In this document: positions 47,569 to 55,790 of the stretch, piece by piece
How the letters are laid out: the number at the start of each line of letters is the position of its first letter
How positions within the stretch are numbered: position 1 is the stretch's first letter
Source of the DNA: a virus
Strand: one strand, 5' to 3'
DNA length: 64,000 bases
Virus record (IMG/VR): IMGVR_UViG_3300009503_000019
Coordinates: 1-64,000 of that record
The notes under the pieces: model-generated
What the model saw: the letters and a program-made list of their open reading frames with translations, nothing else
Told to the model about the DNA's origin: nothing
The model's database searches: none
Translations under genes and position numbers: made by a program

Positions 47569-47867
47569 CCTATTTTTTAAGTGACGATGAGAAAAATGAG
47601 TTCAAGCAGGGTTTAAAAGTTAGAATTTCTGCGGCATTAACAGCATGTGATACAATTCCTGTGACTGGAACTATCAATGAAATAATTTCTGCTATTAGAG
47701 ATACAATTTCGGAGGAATTATCCAGTAAAATTACAAATGAATTACTTCAAAATATGACAATCATTATTCCGGCAAATACAGTAATCAAATTGAAAACTTC
47801 TACTGATTCAGTTACTGCTTTTACTATTACGGAAGATGTAACGGCAATAAGGGTTAAACTTGATTAA
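47565..47867 (+). CDS. Hypothetical (possible baseplate) protein
   Basis: GGAGG RBS; follows the spike gene. Confidence 0.55.
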   Translation: MTYFLSDDEKNEFKQGLKVRISAALTACDTIPVTGTINEIISAIRDTISEELSSKITNELLQNMTIIIPANTVIKLKTSTDSVTAFTITEDVTAIRVKLD

Positions 47868-47873
47868 TTAAAT

Positions 47874-47902
47874 TTGACTTTAAATTTTTAATTTTGTAAA
47901 AT
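47874..47902 (+). promoter_or_regulatory. Sigma70-type promoter, near-leaderless
   Basis: TTGACT-17-TAAAAT; ATG at 47911; no SD. Confidence 0.65.
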
Positions 47903-47910
47903 CATTAAAA

Positions 47911-49902
47911 ATGTTAAAGACAAGTGAAAATTTTTATCAACTTTCAGATGATCCTTCATCATGGATTCCAGAGATTTCTCATATTTTTTCAGAACAGTTC
48001 CCGGAATTAGCAGAATTTGGTGCAGAAGTTAAGCTTTCTAAAGTAAATCCTGAAATTGGATTTGCTTTAGGCAGTATAACGATATTTTCTGATGTTGATG
48101 AAGTTCATATTCCTATTGTTATTCGTGAAAAAAAATTAGCTCCATTTGATATATTTGAGTATAAAAAAACTTATTATCCACTAAAGTCTTCAAAAATTAT
48201 AAATATACTGTATGCAGGTAAATTAGGATCACCTGTTGCTGCAATTCCTACCGAACGAGCAACACAACCGACAATGCTCGGTGAAATAATGCCACCTCCT
48301 TTCGGCTTGGGACCGCGCGCTGAATATTATACTGAAGTTAGGAGTTTGCCTAAAGGGGCATCATCATTATTTTTATCAATTTCAAAATCAACTTTTAGTG
48401 AAGAAGTAAAAAAAGCATATGACAAATTTATAAAAATAGCTCAATCATTGTCTTTGGTAGATACGGTTAGAACAATTTTAGACAAAATTTTATCTTTACA
48501 GAGTGGAATTGTTTCAGCAAAGAGTTATTTGAAAAATGAAATACGCCGGGTTCGTAGAAATGCATTTTTAATTAAAAAAATAGGACCAGATCAATATCAG
48601 ATTATTTTTAATCCAATCAACGAAATTTCCATGTCTTCTGCTGTAGTTAATTCAGATGGAATTATAAAATTATTAACTGCATTGAAATATGATATTCCTA
48701 CCGCATTTACAGATTTAGATTCTGGAAAAGTTATTTATTTTTCGCCTGAAATGCAACAATTAGTTCCTATTATACTCGAAAAAATAGATGGTCAACCTGT
48801 AATTAGTCCAGGAAAATATGTATTTATTACAGCTAATGGCAAAATTATTAGAGGATTGGTTATTAAAAATCTTTTTGGTGGTTGGATGTTATGGTCCGAT
48901 CCTTATGCAATATCAGATTCTTTATATGGTGTGAAAGAATCTGATTATATTGAAAAAACTCCATTTGTAGATGAATGTTCTCCAGGACAGACAATTTTAT
49001 TACGAATCATTTCTTGTAATAACTCTATAGGATTGGGTCCAATTAAAGTCTTCAGAGTTATTTCAAAAAGAGCTTCCTGTGAAGCAAAGCCTGTGATGAA
49101 ACTTGAAAATGCAGAATTTCCAAAGCTTATTGGTAAGATTTTGACGATAACTGGTAAATATGGAGATTTTCCAATAAAGATAGAAATTAGCCCCTTTAAA
49201 AATGAGAATAAAATAATTAATTTACAAAAAAGTGCAATAGGCGAAATAGAAATTACAATTTGTGGAGCACCTGTTGATATACTTCCTGTAACTTATGAAG
49301 TTACTTTACCAACTAACGAGCAGGAATTCTATGATTATTTGTCATTGTTCAAACGACCTGTTAATGTTGAATATCTTGGTGATGAAACTTATATGATTGC
49401 AAGTAATGGTGAAAAATATAAAGTTGATGGAACAGACAAATTAGTTTTATCATTGATATCAATGACAATACCAAAAGAGAGTGCTATGAAAATTGCTTCT
49501 GCAACCAAAACGGTTAGGAAATTAACACTTCTTGGTCCAAGTTTAACGAATAAAAAAGAAATTCCATTAGAAAAGATAGGAGTATCAAGTCAAAAGATAA
49601 AAGATATTCTTGGGATATCCGATGATTTAATAAAATCCGCAATTGTATCAAGAGAAGGATTAACAATTGATACTGTATTTTCTTTAAATTTAATAACACC
49701 ACAGAATATTCAAAAATTTATTGAATCCGTGCCTATAATCAGAGAAACCGTGAATCATCTTGCAAAATTACTTATATTTTCAAGATTAGGTTTCAAAGAA
49801 TTTTCAGAAGAAGATTTATCTTACTTAATGAAAAAATTAGATGAAATTGCTGATAAATTAGAATCATTAAAAATAATCTATAAATTAAAATCAATGGCAT
49901 AA
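47911..49902 (+). CDS. Large hypothetical protein (probable head-associated)
   Basis: 663 aa; several KxA motifs (KGASS, KIASA, KSAI). Confidence 0.7.
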   Translation: MLKTSENFYQLSDDPSSWIPEISHIFSEQFPELAEFGAEVKLSKVNPEIGFALGSITIFSDVDEVHIPIVIREKKLAPFDIFEYKKTYYPLKSSKIINILYAGKLGSPVAAIPTERATQPTMLGEIMPPPFGLGPRAEYYTEVRSLPKGASSLFLSISKSTFSEEVKKAYDKFIKIAQSLSLVDTVRTILDKILSLQSGIVSAKSYLKNEIRRVRRNAFLIKKIGPDQYQIIFNPINEISMSSAVVNSDGIIKLLTALKYDIPTAFTDLDSGKVIYFSPEMQQLVPIILEKIDGQPVISPGKYVFITANGKIIRGLVIKNLFGGWMLWSDPYAISDSLYGVKESDYIEKTPFVDECSPGQTILLRIISCNNSIGLGPIKVFRVISKRASCEAKPVMKLENAEFPKLIGKILTITGKYGDFPIKIEISPFKNENKIINLQKSAIGEIEITICGAPVDILPVTYEVTLPTNEQEFYDYLSLFKRPVNVEYLGDETYMIASNGEKYKVDGTDKLVLSLISMTIPKESAMKIASATKTVRKLTLLGPSLTNKKEIPLEKIGVSSQKIKDILGISDDLIKSAIVSREGLTIDTVFSLNLITPQNIQKFIESVPIIRETVNHLAKLLIFSRLGFKEFSEEDLSYLMKKLDEIADKLESLKIIYKLKSMA

Positions 49903-49908
49903 ACATAG

Positions 49909-49937
49909 TTGAAAAAATTATGAGGTTTTATTAAAAT
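49909..49937 (+). promoter_or_regulatory. Sigma70-type promoter of sRNA C
   Basis: TTGAAA-17-TAAAAT; predicted TSS 49944; no ORF downstream on this strand. Confidence 0.65.
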
Positions 49938-49943
49938 GTTTTC

Positions 49944-50013
49944 AGCCCATGCCCTTCTCTTCCTCCTCCATACACGCCTCCTGCAGGAGGGAGACAACAA
50001 TCTCCCTCCTGAT
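49944..50013 (+). ncRNA. Putative anti-SD small RNA C
   Basis: CAU-GCCCUUCUCUUCCUCCUC and CAU-ACACG-CCUCCUG, then an 11-bp hairpin at 49984-50011. Confidence 0.6.
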
Positions 50014-50026
50014 AAATTTGTTTAAT

Positions 50027-50386
50027 TTATCCTCCTTTTACTACTGTTCTAATAAAAGTTTGTGTTCCTCTTAATGGTCGAAATGGTACTGGTTCAGGAT
50101 ATCTTTCAATTATTTTTATTGGATAAAAATACAATTTATTCGGGAATCCCCACCATTTCATTGCTTCTTCTTGTGTGACTTTATGAATTGCTCTTAATTT
50201 TTCAAATTCTTTTCTTGATATCAATTTTGGTTCTTGTAATGAAATAATTCCCAGTATTCCTTCCGGTCCAACAAGTGCTAATGGAATATTTATCATTTTT
50301 GGATAATATCTTTTCTTCAGTAAAGCTTTTTTCTTTTGTTCAATTATCCATTGTGCGTGTGGAGAGATTATATATATTCCACGCAT
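50027..50386 (-). CDS. ASCH/PUA-like domain protein
   Basis: GIYIISPHAQWI..KKK...GILGII.L motif. Confidence 0.6.
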   Translation of the reverse strand: MRGIYIISPHAQWIIEQKKKALLKKRYYPKMINIPLALVGPEGILGIISLQEPKLISRKEFEKLRAIHKVTQEEAMKWWGFPNKLYFYPIKIIERYPEPVPFRPLRGTQTFIRTVVKGG

Positions 50387-50392
50387 GAAGGA

Positions 50393-50421
50393 ATTTTAGA
50401 AAAAATTGTTATAATATTCAA
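50393..50421 (-). promoter_or_regulatory. Sigma70-type promoter, leaderless ASCH mRNA
   Basis: TTGAAT-17-TAAAAT; ATG 7 nt after the -10. Confidence 0.65.
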
Positions 50422-50470
50422 TGTTAAGAAATTTTTGAAAAAAAAGAAAAAAATAAGTTTTTAACTTTTA

Positions 50471-50553
50471 TGCGTCGGCTCCCCCCGCCGTCTCTTCCTT
50501 ATCACCTCTCTTGGGCTTATACCCATTGGAGCGGCCGCAGGGAGCCGAACGCA
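50471..50553 (-). ncRNA. GC-rich structured RNA D
   Basis: 13-bp closing stem (one bulge), inner stems, U.G pair favouring the minus strand; purine loop GAGAGGUGAUAAGGAAGAG. Confidence 0.6.
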
Positions 50554-50597
50554 AAAATCTTTCCAATATACTTATAACATTTTTTAAGGAGAAAAAA

Positions 50598-51212
50598 ATG
50601 AACAAAGAATTGGTAAAAATTCAAAATGAATTAAATAGAGCGATGTATATATCTGATGACGAATTTGAAAAGAAATATATGGAATTTATAAATAACTTAT
50701 TAAAGATAAAAACTTTGGTTTATAAAATATATAATTTATTTCGGCATCGTTTTGTAGATAGACCGGGTTATATTTTTCCATGGTCTGGTAGAATAAATTT
50801 TAAAAAAACATATTATAGATTTAATATTCTTGATACAGTTGATAACTTAGAAATTGATATGTTAATAAATTTAACTTCTAATTTGTTATGGGGTATAAAA
50901 AGAATTTGTATAAAAAAAACACACGATATTATAGAAGTGCTTCAATCAAATTTTGATTTACCAATTGATATTAATATCAGATTAACTAAAAAAGGTAATT
51001 ATAATGTTTATTTTTACTGTCTAGTTTGGGATGAAAATTTTACTAATTGTCATTATGTTTCTATAAAATATTTAGATCAAAAAAATAAATTGTATTTAAA
51101 ATATAGAAACGAGATTGAATTCATAGCACATTATATTTTCTTAAGACTATGTGATACAAAATTGAAATTTATAATTGATACATTGAAGAATGATTTTAAG
51201 GGATTTTTATGA
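50598..51212 (+). CDS. QxxINxxIF-family early protein
   Basis: Start moved to MNKELVKIQNELNRAMY after AAGGAG. Confidence 0.65.
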   Translation: MNKELVKIQNELNRAMYISDDEFEKKYMEFINNLLKIKTLVYKIYNLFRHRFVDRPGYIFPWSGRINFKKTYYRFNILDTVDNLEIDMLINLTSNLLWGIKRICIKKTHDIIEVLQSNFDLPIDINIRLTKKGNYNVYFYCLVWDENFTNCHYVSIKYLDQKNKLYLKYRNEIEFIAHYIFLRLCDTKLKFIIDTLKNDFKGFL

Positions 51213-51794
51213 TAATTTTTTTTCTATTATTGAGAAAATATTAGATCTATTAATTATTCTAATGAGTAGATTTTTTATTTCTTTATTTAGATATCGTGAG
51301 AATTGTAAACTGGGTTTAGAATTTATATAAAAGAAATACAATCTAAAATCTTTAATTATTTTCTCTACAGTGATAATGTGAGGTTTAATGATTATATCTT
51401 CCAAGCGAATGTAAACATTTTTGTTTGCGGAGACTGTTAATTTTGATGGAAATGTATATTCAGAAGAATGTATTTGAAAAGATAGTATTTTTTCTGAAGG
51501 TATGGATATAGGAATTGTTAAATGTAAATATACATCGAAATATGAATTACCATTTGTTGCTGAAATTTTTAAAGACCAGTTTTTCATATATCCAAATAAA
51601 TAATTAAATCTTTCGACTTCAGAATTATGTAGATTGCAATTTAATTCAATTAAATTCATTAATATTTTATTATACAAATTTATTGCTTTTTCCGAGATTG
51701 ATATAAATTTTTCAATAATTTCTTTTTTTTCTTTTTTTATTTCATCGTTTGGGAGAAATAATGTTTTGTTAATAATAGCTAATGAATTTTCCAT
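51207..51794 (-). CDS. QxxINxxIF-family early protein
   Basis: N-terminal LAIINKTLF. Confidence 0.6.
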   Translation of the reverse strand: MENSLAIINKTLFLPNDEIKKEKKEIIEKFISISEKAINLYNKILMNLIELNCNLHNSEVERFNYLFGYMKNWSLKISATNGNSYFDVYLHLTIPISIPSEKILSFQIHSSEYTFPSKLTVSANKNVYIRLEDIIIKPHIITVEKIIKDFRLYFFYINSKPSLQFSRYLNKEIKNLLIRIINRSNIFSIIEKKLS

Positions 51795-51805
51795 TTTTAC
51801 CTCCT

Positions 51806-51834
51806 TTGCATTTTTTTTAATTATTGTTTATAAT
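51806..51834 (+). promoter_or_regulatory. Sigma70-type promoter, leaderless
   Basis: TTGCAT-17-TATAAT; in-frame ATG at 51842. Confidence 0.6.
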
Positions 51835-51841
51835 AATTCTT

Positions 51842-52621
51842 ATGAAATTACCATTTAGAAGATTTCTTGCTGCACTTATTGTTGATAGCCCTAATGATAT
51901 TAATTTGATCAAACGTATTCTTAGTGAATGCGGAATATTTATAACAGATAATGACGATATTTTAAGTTTCAGAGCTCGCATATTCAATAAATTCAAGCGT
52001 ATTCCTAAAAATAAGAATTTGACATTTAAGAAATTGGGTTTAACAGAATATTTAGAAAATAAAGAAAAAGGTAATATAGATTTTCTTGGGGCATATTTTG
52101 CACAAAAAGATCAATTTTTGAGAAAAGCATTTCAAGCATATATTTTTACTCATAACGAGAAATTTTTAGATTTTATTCCATCACAAAATAAAGAAACTGA
52201 AATAAATATATTTAAAAAATACTTTTTTGATATTGATAATTTATCTTTAGCAGAATGGACATATTATAAGAAATTTATTTCAGGAGCAGATGTGTTATTT
52301 TTAAATGCATTATTAAATAATGATTTGGGATTAGCCCTTCATTATCTCAAAAGGTCTATACCACCATCGGTTGAAGAGGGATTATCAAAATTATTATCAA
52401 TTTCATACTGGAGGGCAATGGAAACTGCTTATAATGCAGACCCATCTGATTTTATCAAACTATCGGACACTTTCTTAAAAATATATAAAGCATCCAAGGA
52501 CGTTTTAATTGAAAAGAAAAAAGAAACTTTACCTGATTTAATCTTTGAAGAGAAAAATCCAGAAGAAGATGAAAGGTTAGTTTCCTATGACGAACTTGGA
52601 AAACAATCAAAAACAAAGTAA
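51842..52621 (+). CDS. Hypothetical protein, candidate small terminase
   Basis: Immediately precedes and overlaps terL; helical. Confidence 0.45.
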   Translation: MKLPFRRFLAALIVDSPNDINLIKRILSECGIFITDNDDILSFRARIFNKFKRIPKNKNLTFKKLGLTEYLENKEKGNIDFLGAYFAQKDQFLRKAFQAYIFTHNEKFLDFIPSQNKETEINIFKKYFFDIDNLSLAEWTYYKKFISGADVLFLNALLNNDLGLALHYLKRSIPPSVEEGLSKLLSISYWRAMETAYNADPSDFIKLSDTFLKIYKASKDVLIEKKKETLPDLIFEEKNPEEDERLVSYDELGKQSKTK

Positions 52622-54155
52622 AATTTCTCGCGCAGATATTGCTCAAAAAATTCTTTATTTGAGAGGAAACCCATTTTCTTTGAATGAACGGCCACATTTA
52701 AAATTTATTTATGATTATGCAGATAAGGTCTGGGTCATAAAAGCAGGTAGACAGGTAGAGAAATCTACTACATTGGCAGCAATTATTCTTACAGAATCGA
52801 TAATAATTCCACATTTTAATTCTTTATATGTAACTTATTCTAATAAGCAGGTTTCTGATTTCTCTTCAGATAAGATTGTTCCTATGATATTACATTCTCC
52901 ATTTGTAAGAAATTATTATCATTCCGGTGAAGTTGTGAAAAGAGTTACAGACAGAACTTTTACAAATGGCTCACATATTTTTTTGAGATCTGCATATAAT
53001 AATCCAGAAACATTAAGAGGTATTCCTGCCGATAGAGTAGTTTTCGATGAGGTTCAGAATTTGATTCCTGAAGTTATTTATGTAGCTGAGGAATCACTTG
53101 CTCATAGCAAATATCAATGGAAGATATTTTCAGGCACGGCAAAAACGAGAAATAATCTTATAGAGACTTACTGGAATCTTTCAAAGCAAATAGAGTATAT
53201 GATTAAATGTGAAGCGTGTAATAATTGGAATTATCAGGATGAAAAAATTATAGGTAAGGATTCTTATATATGTACTAAATGTGGGAAGAAAATTGATATC
53301 AGGAATGGAAGATTTGTAATGCTTAATCCATCAGGCAAATTTATGGGAATTCGTATTACTCAAGTTATGGTTCCATGGATGACTTTTGAAAATATTAAAG
53401 AAAAATTTGAGTTAAAGCCAATGTCTTATTTTTATAATGAAGTCCTCGGACTTCCTTATGAATCAATGGAACAGCCCGTTACAGAATTAGAACTTCGTCA
53501 ATGTTGTTCCGACTACCCAATGAATCTGGATTTTGTGAAATCAATTCCTTATGAATCAATTATTGTAGGTATTGACTGGGGAATGGGATTGAATTCTTCT
53601 ACTGTTGTGACAATAGGGCATCTACATGCGGGTAAAGCTCGTGTTTTGTATGCAGTTCGTATTATGGAAACAGATGCAGTAAAGCAATATGAACAGATTA
53701 AAAATTTATTATCATATTGTAAAGCGTCTATTATAATTACTGATTTTGGTGCGGGATTTGGCTTAAATGACATGTTAAGAAGAGATTTTAATATGGTTAT
53801 TCCAGTTTTATATACAGAAGGTGGTGTGGGAAAGGTTTTAAAATGGGATACAAAAGGAAAAAAATATATTGCGTTGAGAACACCATTATTGAATATTGTT
53901 TTCAGTTCTTTAAAACGGCAGGATATCATATTTCCTAAATATGAGAATATAAAAGATTTTTTACAGGATATAATGAATGTTTATGTTGATTACAGAACAG
54001 TTAAAGGAAGAGAAATTCCATATTATACTCATAATGTGCAAGAATATGATGATTTTTTACATAGCCTTACTTATTTCTTAATTGGATGCTGGTTATATTC
54101 TGGAAAACAATATTTATTTACGTCAGTTGCGGAATTTCCAAGAGAATTTGAGTAA
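52587..54155 (+). CDS. terL: Terminase large subunit
   Basis: KAGRQVEKST (Walker A region), VVFDEVQ (Walker B), CEAC..CTKC, nuclease GIDWG...DFG...DDFLHS. Confidence 0.92.
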   Translation: MTNLENNQKQSKISRADIAQKILYLRGNPFSLNERPHLKFIYDYADKVWVIKAGRQVEKSTTLAAIILTESIIIPHFNSLYVTYSNKQVSDFSSDKIVPMILHSPFVRNYYHSGEVVKRVTDRTFTNGSHIFLRSAYNNPETLRGIPADRVVFDEVQNLIPEVIYVAEESLAHSKYQWKIFSGTAKTRNNLIETYWNLSKQIEYMIKCEACNNWNYQDEKIIGKDSYICTKCGKKIDIRNGRFVMLNPSGKFMGIRITQVMVPWMTFENIKEKFELKPMSYFYNEVLGLPYESMEQPVTELELRQCCSDYPMNLDFVKSIPYESIIVGIDWGMGLNSSTVVTIGHLHAGKARVLYAVRIMETDAVKQYEQIKNLLSYCKASIIITDFGAGFGLNDMLRRDFNMVIPVLYTEGGVGKVLKWDTKGKKYIALRTPLLNIVFSSLKRQDIIFPKYENIKDFLQDIMNVYVDYRTVKGREIPYYTHNVQEYDDFLHSLTYFLIGCWLYSGKQYLFTSVAEFPREFE

Positions 54156-54157
54156 AT

Positions 54158-54186
54158 TTGACATCATTTAAAAAAAATTGTATTAT
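54158..54186 (+). promoter_or_regulatory. Sigma70-type promoter, leaderless
   Basis: TTGACA-17-TATTAT; in-frame ATG at 54193, exactly 7 nt downstream. Confidence 0.7.
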
Positions 54187-54192
54187 ATTCTT

Positions 54193-55293
54193 ATGTTTAA
54201 AACTGCAATAAAACTTGATGAAGATGCGATAAGTCTTCTGGCTTCTGTAGCTGCTAATGATTATATAGAGAACAATACTCCACCTGCAGAAGCAATCGCT
54301 AAAGTAATAGTTGAACAAGGATATGAACTTACGCCAGAGCAAGTTTCGAGAATTGCTGAAAAAACTAATAACTATATATATTTGCAGTTATTAAAAACTA
54401 AAAAACAACCTCCTAAATTTCCAGTTGCAAAACGTGATGATATATTAAAAATTATTGATCAAAAAATTCATCCTCCTGAAAAAACCGCTAATCATCCTAT
54501 ATCTTCGTTATTTGATAAAGAATTGAAAGATTATTCTGATTTATTCGACAGATATATTGAACAATTATTATCCAAAACTGGTAGTAAAGAAATTGAAAAA
54601 GACAAGATTTCATCTCCATCCATTCCTTATTTTGAAGTTGTTGATGATTTGAAAAAGTTTAAATTTATTGTTGAGGATGAAATTGAAAAAATTGAATCTG
54701 GGCGATTTGAAACTTTGAATAGTATGATTAAAAAGGCGGCAAATGAAATAGTTAATAATGAATTAAAATTAACTGATTTTGTCAAATTCATATTCAAAAC
54801 TGCAAATAATGAAGTATTAGCACAGGAAATTATTTTAGAACTTGATAAAGAATTAAATAAACTCGGATTTAATAAATATGCAAATCAACCTAAATATTTA
54901 ATTAGACAATCTCCTATGCAATATACATATACTTTGACAACAATTATGGATCAGGATGCTTACAGAGATGCCCTATACAAACTTCCAACTATAACGAATG
55001 ACTGGATTATGTATCTGGAGAAAACAATGAGTGATTTGATAGAAATGAATAAAATCGCAGAATCAGTACCAGAAACAATATTAATAAAGATTTTAAATGA
55101 TGTTGTTGTTCCAGCGCATAATGCGGGATTATTTAAGAAATCTCAAGAAGCTGCAATATGGGCAAAATCTACACTTTCAAAGGAACCATGGTATAAAAGC
55201 TTTTTTAGTCTCAAGAAAGGACTGAAAGCAGTTAAGAGTCATGGATTATGGTCTTTATTTGGAACATTTCTTGAACCGGGGTTGAAGATATGA
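54193..55293 (+). CDS. Head-module protein with multiple KxA motifs
   Basis: MFKTA, EKTA, FKTA, NKYA, NKIA. Confidence 0.65.
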   Translation: MFKTAIKLDEDAISLLASVAANDYIENNTPPAEAIAKVIVEQGYELTPEQVSRIAEKTNNYIYLQLLKTKKQPPKFPVAKRDDILKIIDQKIHPPEKTANHPISSLFDKELKDYSDLFDRYIEQLLSKTGSKEIEKDKISSPSIPYFEVVDDLKKFKFIVEDEIEKIESGRFETLNSMIKKAANEIVNNELKLTDFVKFIFKTANNEVLAQEIILELDKELNKLGFNKYANQPKYLIRQSPMQYTYTLTTIMDQDAYRDALYKLPTITNDWIMYLEKTMSDLIEMNKIAESVPETILIKILNDVVVPAHNAGLFKKSQEAAIWAKSTLSKEPWYKSFFSLKKGLKAVKSHGLWSLFGTFLEPGLKI

Positions 55294-55790
55294 AGAAAAG
55301 AATTGTAACAAAAAAAGCTATGAAAAAACAGGCTGGTGCTATTGCACCAATTAAATTGGAATCATGGGCACTTCCGCTTGCAGTTACTGCGTTAGGAGCA
55401 ACTACCGTTGGATTTCCTTTACTCGTAGAGGCAATTCACCATGCAAAATTGAAGAAGCAGCAAGAACGAGCGTACCAAGTTGCTACTAAATTATATGAAC
55501 CTGAATTGAAATCATATCCGGAGCAAGAGAAAAGATTATATTTTCATACATTGAGAACATTGGCTCCTTCATTAGCAACCGATCCGATACTTGTAGGGAC
55601 TTTTTTAAAGCAAACTCTTGCTATGAGAGCAATTGATCCTAATCTCATAAAAAATTTAAGAGAAGCAACTCCCGTAGAAAGGATGGTGTATACGCATACA
55701 CCTCCAATGGCTACGGAAGCTGGAAAGATGCTTGCACAAACAATATTAGGTTTAGGCACAATTGGACCTACTGGAACTAGTGAGACATGA
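55290..55790 (+). CDS. Head-module protein with KxA motif and hydrophobic helix
   Basis: KKQAG; WALPLAVTALGATTVGFPLL. Confidence 0.65.
   Translation: MKKRIVTKKAMKKQAGAIAPIKLESWALPLAVTALGATTVGFPLLVEAIHHAKLKKQQERAYQVATKLYEPELKSYPEQEKRLYFHTLRTLAPSLATDPILVGTFLKQTLAMRAIDPNLIKNLREATPVERMVYTHTPPMATEAGKMLAQTILGLGTIGPTGTSET

Noticed and set aside
50471-50553. SRP RNA or 6S RNA identity for RNA D
   Set aside because: Lacks the SRP domain IV stem around a GNRA loop and is too short for the 6S central-bubble fold.
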